NCBI GenBank assembly: GCA_963718915.1
Contig: CAVRAI010000015.1
Coordinates: 600,001-632,000 of the forward strand
Origin: an uncultured Chloroflexia bacterium
Lineage (GTDB): Bacteria; Chloroflexota; Ktedonobacteria; Ktedonobacterales; JADMIN01
DNA length: 32,000 nt
Reading direction: 5' to 3'
Both the position numbers and the translations under genes were made by a program. The notes below the pieces were generated by a model. That model saw only the letters and a list, made by a program, of their open reading frames with translations, had not been told where the DNA came from and made no database searches. Positions within the stretch are counted from its first letter, which is position 1; each line of letters starts with the position of its first letter. Positions 21,548 through 29,399 of the stretch are shown here, in pieces.

Positions 21548-21973
21548 AGTCTCCTTCACATGTATGATCGAGCAAGGTATTAGGTTCTGGTCGCAGTTTT
21601 TCAAAACGCTAAAGCAATATGGCAGTAAGTACGATGCTCAGCAATAATACCTGACACATTTTGCGTTGGCAAGAGGGTTTATACGCAGATTCACCGTATG
21701 TATTTCAGGTCACTTGATTCGGGATGTTCCGGTCTCTACGCATGGGAAGAACGCTCCGTCGTGCTTCATCTCCCGCACGCATGCGCCACGAAGCGCCTCC
21801 CCTCGACGCTCGTATTGCGGGCGTGCTATCATGTGCCTGCATTTATAGCCTGATTCGCTGAGAGGGATTGCCTTCGTCTTTCAGACCAGTCCGCGCTATT
21901 TTTGCGTGGTAGGACACGTCTGCCGCCAGTAGGAAGGTCGTTCGCCATCGTGCCCATCTCGCCAGAATCCGCG

Positions 21974-22627
21974 ATGCCATCGGGGCCGCGCCGCCTGCTG
22001 CTCGCAACCACGAATCCCCATAAAATCGAAGAATTTCGCGCGATTCTTGCGGGGCTTCCCTACGGGTTGGTCAGCCCGAACGATATTGGACTGCCGCTGG
22101 AGGTTGAGGAAACTGGGGCGACCTTTGCCGAGAATGCGATGCTGAAGGCGACCGCCTGGGCCGATGCGGCTGACATGCTGACACTTGCGGAGGACTCAGG
22201 GCTGGAGATCGACGCGCTCGACGGCGAGCCGGGCATCTATTCTGCCCGCTGGGCTGGAGAAGATGTTTCCTACGAGGAACGGTTTCGCATCCTGCTGGGG
22301 CGGCTGGCTGATGTGCCTGCCGAGCGGCGCACCGCCCGCTACCGTGCCGCGATTGCGATAGCCCGGTCGGCGCCAGTGGGCGTGCTGGGATTGTTCGAGG
22401 GAACATTGGAGGGGCAGATTGCCTTTGCCCCAGCGGGCAGCGGTGGCTTTGGCTACGATCCCATCTTTTTCGTGCCAGAACAGCAGCGCACCGTAGGCCA
22501 GATGAGCGCAGAGGGCAAGCATCTGATCAGCCATCGGGCGCGGGCTGCCGCGGCGGCGCGCGAATTGCTGCAACAACTGGCGGAGACGTCCGCCAATGAA
22601 GCGCCGCAGCCAGACGAGGGAAACTGA
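21974..22627 (+). CDS. rdgB: Non-canonical purine NTP (dITP/XTP) pyrophosphatase RdgB/HAM1 family
   Basis: LLLATTNPHKIEEFRAIL, EETGATFAENAMLKA, DSGLEIDALDGEPGIYSARW, GGFGYDPIF and SHRARA are all typical of the family. The track ORF starts at 21902; the ATG at 21974 gives the usual N-terminus. Confidence 0.9.
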   Translation: MPSGPRRLLLATTNPHKIEEFRAILAGLPYGLVSPNDIGLPLEVEETGATFAENAMLKATAWADAADMLTLAEDSGLEIDALDGEPGIYSARWAGEDVSYEERFRILLGRLADVPAERRTARYRAAIAIARSAPVGVLGLFEGTLEGQIAFAPAGSGGFGYDPIFFVPEQQRTVGQMSAEGKHLISHRARAAAAARELLQQLAETSANEAPQPDEGN

Positions 22628-22688
22628 CGGGCACACGCGAACGTCACCGGCCAGCGCCGACGGGGCGCCTAGGAATGGAACGGAGAGA

Positions 22689-25661
22689 ATGGTGCGCTCT
22701 CAGCCAGTGCGAGTCGCCATTGACCTGGAAACGACCGGGTTGTACCACGAGCAGGATGTCATCATCGAGATCGGCGCGGTCAAATTCGCCGGAAGCGAGG
22801 TGATCGATACCTTCGCCTCGCTCGTCTCGATCAATATGTCATTGCCCTATCGTATTCAGCGGCTGACCGGCATTCGCCCGGATGAGCTGCGTTCCGCGCC
22901 CCCGCTCTCTTCGCTACATGGGCAACTGCGGACATTTCTGGGCGATGCGCCATTGGTGGGGCATAACGTTGGCTTCGACGTCGCGTTCCTCCAGAAGGTG
23001 GGGTTGGCCCGCCGCAATCCATTGATCGATACGTGGGAGCTGGCGTCGCTGCTGCTGCCGAACCAGCCGAACTACAGCCTGGGCGCCCTGGGTGAGGCGC
23101 TCGGCATCCCCGCTGATGTGCGCCACCGCGCGCTGGCCGACGCGCAACAGACCCGCGAGCTGTTTTTGCTCCTGCTGCAACGCATCGAGACCATCGAGGC
23201 GTCGCTAGCCCGCACCCTGCGCGACCTGCCCGCCGCTCCCGAGTGGACGCCGCGCTATTTCCTGCGTGGGGGAAATCAACGCCGGGAGCAGCCCGCGAAT
23301 GCCTTTGGTCGCGCGCTGACCGCATCGCTGGGAGACCAGTTCGCGCGCCAGTTAGGCGTTGATCCCGATGTCCTGGCGCTGGCGGTTGCCCAGGAAGCGC
23401 CACCCGCCGAATCCACAGCCGGTGAATCCACAGCAGGCGCCGAAGCGCCAGCGCCACCGGAAGCGCTCGCGCCCGCCGTAGACTCGCTAGCGCGGGAGAT
23501 GGTCGCCACGCTCGACGAAGGTGGCGCACTGCTGGTAGAGGCGGCGCCGAACGATCTCGATGCGGCGCTCGAGCCGATTGCGCGCTGGCTGGTCGCCCAC
23601 AAGGATGAGCGCATAATGGTGGCTGTCGCCACGCAGGAGCGGCTGGCGCAGGTGGCGCGTACAACGCTACCGGCGCTATTCCGGCGCATTGGGGTATCAC
23701 TGCCAATAGCCGAGGTGATGGGCCGTGACGACTATCTTTGCCTGCATCGTTGGTTCGGTCAAGCGCGGATCCCTGACGGCGAGAGCTTCTCGCGCGAGAT
23801 GACACGCGGGCTGGCCCGGCTGGCCGTCTGGCTCCAAACAACGCGAACGGGCGCGCGGGTGGATGTGGCACTTTCCGGCCCTGAGAACAGCGCGTGGGAC
23901 CGGGTGCGTGGCGGCGCTGAACACGTCGAGGCGATGGCTACGTGCAACTATCGCCGCGATGGCTACTGCTTCTTCGATCGAGCCCGCCAGACCGCACAGG
24001 ATGCGCGCGTGCTCGTCATCACGCATGATGCGCTGGTGGCGTACCTGGCCGGTGGCGATGACGACAGCCTGCCGGAGTGCAGGCGCGTTCTCGTGCTGGA
24101 TGCCCATGTCTTCGAGGAAAACGTACGCAAGGCGCGCGAGGTGATCCTGGACCAGCGCCGGATGAGCAGCGTACTTGACGATCTGGCGCGGGAGACGAAT
24201 GGCAAGCTCGGTGGCGGACTCTTGCGTCAGGCGGCGGGCCGTATCGAACATGCCAGCCTGCGCAACTGGTATGACCAGGTAGCCCAGGCCCGGCAAGCGA
24301 GCGAGCGCCTCTTTGTGGCGTTGCGACGGCTGCTGCAAGAGGTTCATGCGCATGGCAGCGGCGAACAGGGCCATGCCGAGCCGCAAGAGCAGCGGGTGCT
24401 CCGGCTGGATGCGCGCGCACGCCAGAACGATGCATGGGATGATGTGGCGGCGGCGTGGCGCACGACCGATGCCCGGCTGGCGGCGGTGGCGAAGGTCGCC
24501 AGTGAGACGGCTAGAGCGCTCTCCGGCGGGAAGAATAAGCAGGAGCCTGATAGCCTCGCCTCGGAGCTTGCCGCCGTGGCCTGGCGGCTGAACCAGATGC
24601 GCGATGACGGCGCCCGCCTGTTACTGGATGAGGGCGCCATCGAGCCGATGGTGGTCTGGTTGCGGCTGCCGTATCCACAAAACAATGACCGCGGCGATGC
24701 CGGTGGGCGTGGCAACCGCTGGAATGGACGCAAAGGGCCGCGCAAGTCGTCGGAAAACGGCGGCCAGTCTCAGGTCCAGAGCCAACAGGAAGCGCCCGCC
24801 GAGGTTCAGACTGAGGGCGTGTCGCCTGCTCCAGCGGAAGAAGTTGAGCCGACGCCGGAGCTACATGGCGAGCCGACTGATATCGGTCCGCTGCTGCAGC
24901 CGCTGAGCGCGCCGGGCCGGTCGCTGGCGCTCGCGGGATCGGCGCTGACTGTGGCGGGCGACTTCGAGACGATTCGTATAAGCCTTGGGCTGCCCGACGG
25001 CGTGCGTTTTCGCAGCCTCTCCAGTGATCGGAGCGCGCAGACGTTGCTCTGCCTGCCAGTGGATGTGCCGGAGCCAAACTCGCCACACTACCAGCAGCGG
25101 CTGAACGCGGCGCTGATTGGGCTGGCGTCGGCGCTTGAGGGGCGGCTAGTAGCGATCTTCTCTTCGCATGCCGCGCTGCGGAGCGCCTGGATGGGGATTC
25201 GCCGCGAACTGGAACAGAAGGACATTATGGTGCTGGCGCAGGGACAGGACGGTTCGGCGCGTCAGCTCTGGCGTACCTTCGAGACGGAGTCGCGGGTGGT
25301 GCTATTGGGCGCTGGCGCCTTCTGGGATGGCGCCGCTCGTACGGTGAATCCGCCTGCCTGCGTCGTGGTGACACGGATGCCGTTCCCGGCGCTGAGCGAT
25401 CCACCGGTGGCGGCGCGCGCCGAACGCTGGCCCGATCCGCAGAGCGGCTTTGTCGTGCCACAGGGGGCGCTCCGTCTGCGCCAGGCGCTCAATGGCCTCG
25501 CCTGGAGCCATCAGCGGCGTAACGCGGTTGTCCTCTTCGACCGCAGGATACAGACGCGCGGCTATGGCCCGGCGATTCTGGGAACGCTGCCACGCTGTGA
25601 GCAGTACGAGGAGTCGCTGGCGCAGATCACCGAACGCATCGCCGAGTGGGTGGGAGAATAG
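22689..25661 (+). CDS. dinG: DinG-like protein: intact N-terminal DnaQ/DEDDh 3-prime-5-prime exonuclease fused to an XPD/DinG helicase-like scaffold with degenerate ATPase motifs
   Basis: Exonuclease motifs: ExoI VAIDLETTGL, ExoII GHNVGFDVAFL, ExoIII HRALADAQQT. The helicase-like region reads LLVEAAPNDLDAALEP where the Walker A box is expected, VLVLDAHVFEEN where DEAH is expected and QALNGLAW where QxxGRxxR is expected. FWDGAA...VVVTRMPFPALSDP is conserved. The track ORF starts at 22596 and overlaps rdgB. Confidence 0.85.
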   Translation: MVRSQPVRVAIDLETTGLYHEQDVIIEIGAVKFAGSEVIDTFASLVSINMSLPYRIQRLTGIRPDELRSAPPLSSLHGQLRTFLGDAPLVGHNVGFDVAFLQKVGLARRNPLIDTWELASLLLPNQPNYSLGALGEALGIPADVRHRALADAQQTRELFLLLLQRIETIEASLARTLRDLPAAPEWTPRYFLRGGNQRREQPANAFGRALTASLGDQFARQLGVDPDVLALAVAQEAPPAESTAGESTAGAEAPAPPEALAPAVDSLAREMVATLDEGGALLVEAAPNDLDAALEPIARWLVAHKDERIMVAVATQERLAQVARTTLPALFRRIGVSLPIAEVMGRDDYLCLHRWFGQARIPDGESFSREMTRGLARLAVWLQTTRTGARVDVALSGPENSAWDRVRGGAEHVEAMATCNYRRDGYCFFDRARQTAQDARVLVITHDALVAYLAGGDDDSLPECRRVLVLDAHVFEENVRKAREVILDQRRMSSVLDDLARETNGKLGGGLLRQAAGRIEHASLRNWYDQVAQARQASERLFVALRRLLQEVHAHGSGEQGHAEPQEQRVLRLDARARQNDAWDDVAAAWRTTDARLAAVAKVASETARALSGGKNKQEPDSLASELAAVAWRLNQMRDDGARLLLDEGAIEPMVVWLRLPYPQNNDRGDAGGRGNRWNGRKGPRKSSENGGQSQVQSQQEAPAEVQTEGVSPAPAEEVEPTPELHGEPTDIGPLLQPLSAPGRSLALAGSALTVAGDFETIRISLGLPDGVRFRSLSSDRSAQTLLCLPVDVPEPNSPHYQQRLNAALIGLASALEGRLVAIFSSHAALRSAWMGIRRELEQKDIMVLAQGQDGSARQLWRTFETESRVVLLGAGAFWDGAARTVNPPACVVVTRMPFPALSDPPVAARAERWPDPQSGFVVPQGALRLRQALNGLAWSHQRRNAVVLFDRRIQTRGYGPAILGTLPRCEQYEESLAQITERIAEWVGE

Positions 25662-25739
25662 CGCGCGAGAACGTGACCGCACGATGGTCTACGCGGCGGC
25701 CTGGGAGGCGCTTGTCCTGGCGCCGATATAAGGGTAACA

Positions 25740-26105
25740 TCACCCCAACAGTGCTGAGAAGCCGCGCCAGCTTGCGATGCGCCCGTCGGCGGTGAATTCG
25801 AGGATGCTGATGCCCTCGTAGATGCGCTGGGCGCCGTCTTCGGTGCGGGTGTAGGCGAAGCGCCACTCGGCCGCCACGCGCGTGTTATCGGCGTCGGTGA
25901 AGGCGCGGCTGATGGTGAAGCTGACGTCGCTGTGGCGGTCGGCGAAGTCCGTGAGGAAGGCGTGCAGGGCGTCGCGTCCGCGTCGCGTCGGCGCTGGCGG
26001 CTCCTCATACGTCGCGTCGGGCGCGAAAAGATCGGCGGCTACTGTTGCCTTGCCCCGCTCGATGGCCGCGCCAAATGCCCGCAGAGTCTCCAGGGGATTA
26101 CTCAT
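25740..26105 (-). CDS. SnoaL-like / NTF2-fold protein
   Basis: 121 aa. The pattern LFAPDATYEEPP...GRDALHAFL...AAEWRFAYT...EGISILEFTADGRIASWRGF is typical of SnoaL-like polyketide-cyclase-fold proteins. It shares an ATGA overlap with the upstream gene. Confidence 0.8.
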   Translation of the reverse strand: MSNPLETLRAFGAAIERGKATVAADLFAPDATYEEPPAPTRRGRDALHAFLTDFADRHSDVSFTISRAFTDADNTRVAAEWRFAYTRTEDGAQRIYEGISILEFTADGRIASWRGFSALLG

Positions 26106-26629
26106 ATTCCCACCCCCAGCCCGTCGGCAGCGTGCGCGAACGCCACGTACATGCCGGTGAAGGCGACCGCGACCCGCCCGTCACCGTCGAGAATATCCAC
26201 CTTCAGCGCCAGCCGCGCCTTGCCCCTGCGCCGCAGCCCCGCGAGGAACCGCTCGGTCTCCTCGGCTGCTGGCACATGGCAGGTGGCGGTGAAGTCATTG
26301 CCGACGGGCAGCAGATAGCGGGTCGCGCTCTCCTGGATGACAATCGTGCCGTGCAGGTCGCGCTCTGCCAGCACGAGCCATGCCGTCCCCCAGCCCGCCA
26401 GCGTCATCACGGCGTTGAGGCTGCCCGCGAAGGCCGTCGCCTTGTGGTTGATGTTGGGCGCCAGTGGCGCTCGTAGCGCGAGGCAGACGCCATCGTACTG
26501 GTGCACCGTCAGACCCATCTGTCGGCTCAGCGGAATCTCGTGATGGAGCACCCGTTGAAGCTCGCGCGCCAGGTCGCGCTGCTCGCGCTGGTCAGACATA
26601 GATGGCTCCCTGTGGGGGATAAGAGACAT
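26102..26629 (-). CDS. YiiD C-terminal-type (hotdog fold) putative thioesterase
   Basis: IPLSRQMGLTVHQYDGVCLALRAPLAPNINHKATAFAGSLNAVMTLAGWG...VIQESATRYLLPV matches the YiiD_C pattern by eye. An alternative start lies at 26599. Confidence 0.7.
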   Translation of the reverse strand: MSLIPHREPSMSDQREQRDLARELQRVLHHEIPLSRQMGLTVHQYDGVCLALRAPLAPNINHKATAFAGSLNAVMTLAGWGTAWLVLAERDLHGTIVIQESATRYLLPVGNDFTATCHVPAAEETERFLAGLRRRGKARLALKVDILDGDGRVAVAFTGMYVAFAHAADGLGVGI

Positions 26630-26667
26630 ATCAACTGAATGGCACTGTTTTGTCTGGTTGTCCCATG

Positions 26668-26803
26668 CCGCAGGCTGAAGCCCTGCGGCTAATCCTACTC
26701 GTTCGGTTCTCGCACACCGGGTAATGATTAGGCTGTTGAAACCCGCGACGGCGGGTTTTGTGGCGGAGCGGAGCGAGGCCGTTCAGGCGCGGTTTTAACC
26801 GCC
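26668..26803. repeat. REP-like hairpin cluster in the 3-prime flank of the oxidoreductase gene
   Basis: Hairpins:
- 26668-26688: ccgcagg-ctgaagc-cctgcgg, containing ggctgaagcc
- 26739-26758: aaacccgc-gacg-gcgggttt
- 26789-26802: gcggt-ttta-accgc
The segment 26782-26803 is the exact reverse complement of 9293-9314. Confidence 0.55.
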
Positions 26804-26809
26804 AGCCTG

Positions 26810-28048
26810 CTACCGCACATCAAACAGCGCCTCACGCTCGGCCTGGGTGGGATAGTTGCCGCCGTCGCGAATCAGCTCCACCAGCTTCTTGCGCCCCTTC
26901 GGACTGCCGATGAAGACCGAGCCGACCAGCCGATTATCCTTGAAGAAATACTTGCGATAGTCGGTGTTGCCCTTGTCGCCCGGCGCCATTTTCATGAAGG
27001 ACTCCAGCGTGGGATTGGTCGACTCGGCGATGCCCATCACCGCGATATTGGTATTGAAGAGCGGGCTGGTATAGGTCGCCACGTCTATGTATGGCTCGTG
27101 GCCGCCCGCCATATTGATCGCCACGATACGCCCGTGCGCCAGCGCGTTATCCCACGTGCCCATCACCGTGTGCCGCCCGATCATCGGATCGTAGAACTCG
27201 GCGACGTCGCCCGCGGTAAAGACGCCAGGCACGTTCGTCTCCAGGTACTCGTTCGCCATGATGCCCGTCTGTCGCTCGATGGACGTATTCGCCAGGAAGC
27301 TGTGGTTGAGTGTCAGCCCCAGGCCCACGCCAATCACGTCGGCGGGATACTCCCTGCCTGTCGCGCCGACAATCGCCTTCGGCGCGCCGTTGTCCGCGAC
27401 CACATGGTCGATCTGGTCGCCGTGCACAATCGTGATGCCGTGGCGCGTGGCGATGTCATCCACCAGCTGGCCGCCATCCGCGTCGAGGATGCTACGTAGC
27501 CAGTAGGGGCCGCGCATCAGCCAGGTGACATGGACGCCGCGCACGTTCAGTCCCTCGGTCATTTCATAGGCGATGAAACTGCCGCCAGACGTGACCGCCT
27601 CTTTGCTTTCCAACGCGCGGGCGATGATCTCGCGGGTGTCGTCCAGCGTGACGAAGTTGTAGATGTGCTGTGTGCCTACCACGCCGGGGACATCCAGCTT
27701 GTTGGCCCAGCCGCCCGTCGCCACTAGCAGCGCGTCGTAGGGCAGCGGCCCGCCGTGATCGAGATAGACCACGCGCGTTTCGGTATCCACCGAGGTTACC
27801 AGCGTCTCCGTCAGCAGCTGGATGTTCTGTTGCTCGTGCCATTCCAGGTTGCGGATGAAGACCTTCTGTTCTGGCAGCAGCCCCTGGAGGTAGCGCGGCA
27901 GGGAGACGCGATTGTAGAGCGGGTGCGGCTCGTTGGTAATGAGCCAGATGGAGCAGGAGACATCATTCTTGCGCAACATCTGCGCGCAGGTCGTGCCCGC
28001 GATACCATTGCCGATGATGACGTATTTCTTGCCGACTTCAGCAGCCAA
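26810..28048 (-). CDS. FAD-dependent pyridine nucleotide-disulfide oxidoreductase family protein
   Basis: 412 aa. The N-terminal Rossmann motif is KYVIIGNGIAGTTCAQ and the FAD motif is GVFTAGDVAE. The second dinucleotide motif is atypical (VTSGGSFIAYEM). Confidence 0.85.
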   Translation of the reverse strand: MAAEVGKKYVIIGNGIAGTTCAQMLRKNDVSCSIWLITNEPHPLYNRVSLPRYLQGLLPEQKVFIRNLEWHEQQNIQLLTETLVTSVDTETRVVYLDHGGPLPYDALLVATGGWANKLDVPGVVGTQHIYNFVTLDDTREIIARALESKEAVTSGGSFIAYEMTEGLNVRGVHVTWLMRGPYWLRSILDADGGQLVDDIATRHGITIVHGDQIDHVVADNGAPKAIVGATGREYPADVIGVGLGLTLNHSFLANTSIERQTGIMANEYLETNVPGVFTAGDVAEFYDPMIGRHTVMGTWDNALAHGRIVAINMAGGHEPYIDVATYTSPLFNTNIAVMGIAESTNPTLESFMKMAPGDKGNTDYRKYFFKDNRLVGSVFIGSPKGRKKLVELIRDGGNYPTQAEREALFDVR

Positions 28049-28133
28049 CTTCTATTCCCCTTCATTCCCGGCGCGTTCGACATCTCTCACGGATGCGCGG
28101 CGTATTCTCTCACCGAAGACAACCTGAACTATC

Positions 28134-29246
28134 TTAACATGCTGGGAGGGTCAGTTGCACCGCGCCGCCGTCGGTGGTCAGGACGACCGGCGTCCGCCCG
28201 CTGACGTACACCGTGTCCTCGCTGGTGCTGGCTAGCGAGCCAAACAGCGCCACCTGCGGCGCGCCACCCGCCGTCAGCGCGAACATCGGCTCCATCGCGC
28301 CAGGACTGCCAATGGCCCACTGCGCCGGAGCTGTCCCCACATTGTGCATCTGAAAGCTCACGCCGCCAGCGCCACAGACTGGTGGGCTGACTGTTATCGT
28401 GCCGAGAATAATCGGCCCGGAAGGCGCGGCGGTGGGTGTCGCCGTCTGAACGGACGTCGCCGTCTGAACGGCGGTGGTTGGCGTCGGCAGCAGCCGCGTC
28501 GCAAAGCTGAGCCACGAGGGCGCATTGCCGCTTGCCACCGGAATCATTATGCCGACTCCAGCCGCGATCCCCACCACCAGCAGCAGGAACACCGCGGCGA
28601 TTCGTCCCAGCGTCCGTAGCAACCGACGCCCCCAGCCTGGCGACTCTGGTGAGACGTCGTCATCGCGCTCCTCCAGTTCATCGTTGGCGAGGGCGGGCGC
28701 GGAAACAATCGGGGTAGCGGATGGCGCGGTCGCGGTCGCAACGGCAGCCGCCGATGTGGCAGGGGCGGAGGGCGCGACAGATGCGGCGGCGGCTGGAACT
28801 TTTGCCGGAGCAGTGCTCATTCCCAGCGCGGCGCGAACTGTCCGGCGCACCTCTTCGGCGATGGTGATGGCTTCCTGCGCGCGGGCGTAGTCAATCAGGC
28901 GCTTGGGGTCGTCGTGCGTGCGCGAGTTGCGGTCACGGTTGAGTTGATTGATGCGCGGGCCAAGCAGATTGGGCAGGCGCAGGCCAGCCTCCGCGGCGGC
29001 GCGCAGCAGGTCGGGCATGCTGTTGCTTGCGGCCGCCTCCTGCCAGGATTGTGGCGCCGTCCCCGCTGGCTTCTGGGCGATCTGCGTATAGAGATAGCCC
29101 TGCACCATATTCTTGATAGCCGAGACAGCATCTGCCAGCGCCGAGACGTAGATGAGATCGTTGCTCAACAGCCTGCGCGAGCTATAGAGAAACGCGGTTG
29201 CCTTGTCGAATCTATCGTTTGCCTGGTCCTGAAATGTGTTCGCCAT
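28134..29246 (-). CDS. Membrane-tethered HEPN-like protein: N-terminal cytoplasmic HEPN-type four-helix domain (RNSRTH), Ala/Pro-rich linker, one TM helix, extracytoplasmic beta-rich domain
   Basis: INQLNRDRNSRTHDDPKRLIDYARAQEAITIAEEV fits the Rx4-6H HEPN motif and its helix context. RRLLRTLGR followed by IAAVFLLLVVGIAAGVGIMIPV forms the TM helix, N-in by the positive-inside rule. The C-terminal 110 aa are bounded by Cys residues. The ATG at 29246 has GGAGGG 4 nt upstream and lies downstream of the TGCTATAGT promoter; the track ORF start at 29297 lies upstream of that -10. Confidence 0.65.
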   Translation of the reverse strand: MANTFQDQANDRFDKATAFLYSSRRLLSNDLIYVSALADAVSAIKNMVQGYLYTQIAQKPAGTAPQSWQEAAASNSMPDLLRAAAEAGLRLPNLLGPRINQLNRDRNSRTHDDPKRLIDYARAQEAITIAEEVRRTVRAALGMSTAPAKVPAAAASVAPSAPATSAAAVATATAPSATPIVSAPALANDELEERDDDVSPESPGWGRRLLRTLGRIAAVFLLLVVGIAAGVGIMIPVASGNAPSWLSFATRLLPTPTTAVQTATSVQTATPTAAPSGPIILGTITVSPPVCGAGGVSFQMHNVGTAPAQWAIGSPGAMEPMFALTAGGAPQVALFGSLASTSEDTVYVSGRTPVVLTTDGGAVQLTLPAC

Positions 29247-29283
29247 ACTACCCTCCGAGTCCGAATCTTCCAAACGCCGGACT

Positions 29284-29292
29284 ACTATAGCA
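29284..29292 (-). promoter_or_regulatory. Extended -10 promoter (TGCTATAGT) for the HEPN-TM gene
   Basis: The reverse complement of 29284-29292 is TGCTATAGT, about 38 nt upstream of the ATG at 29246. Confidence 0.4.
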
Positions 29293-29351
29293 GCCATTCG
29301 AGGTCATGCCAACAGGACCATCGGGTGAGAGCAGGTGGCGGCGACACGGCA

Positions 29352-29360
29352 TGCTATGCT
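29352..29360 (+). promoter_or_regulatory. Extended -10-like promoter (TGCTATGCT) for the DUF711 gene
   Basis: TGCTATGCT lies 40 nt upstream of the ATG at 29400 and is divergent from the HEPN-TM promoter 60 nt away. Confidence 0.3.
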
Positions 29361-29399
29361 TGGAACAGGGAAATGACCATGGGAACGAGGAGACGTGCT

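Noticed and set aside
22831-24745. Several long minus-strand ORFs (22831-23871, 23697-24386, 24019-24435, 24344-24745) inside the DinG-like gene
   Set aside because: They have Arg/Ala/Pro-rich shadow-frame composition, whereas the plus-strand frame has exonuclease and DinG structural motifs throughout.
28914-29399. 5-prime extension of the DUF711 ORF (the track start at 28914 gives 558 aa)
   Set aside because: The extension is antisense to the HEPN-TM gene and is Arg-rich. It also lies upstream of the predicted promoter. The family-typical N-terminus MTAITVRTITLGI starts at 29400 with a good SD.
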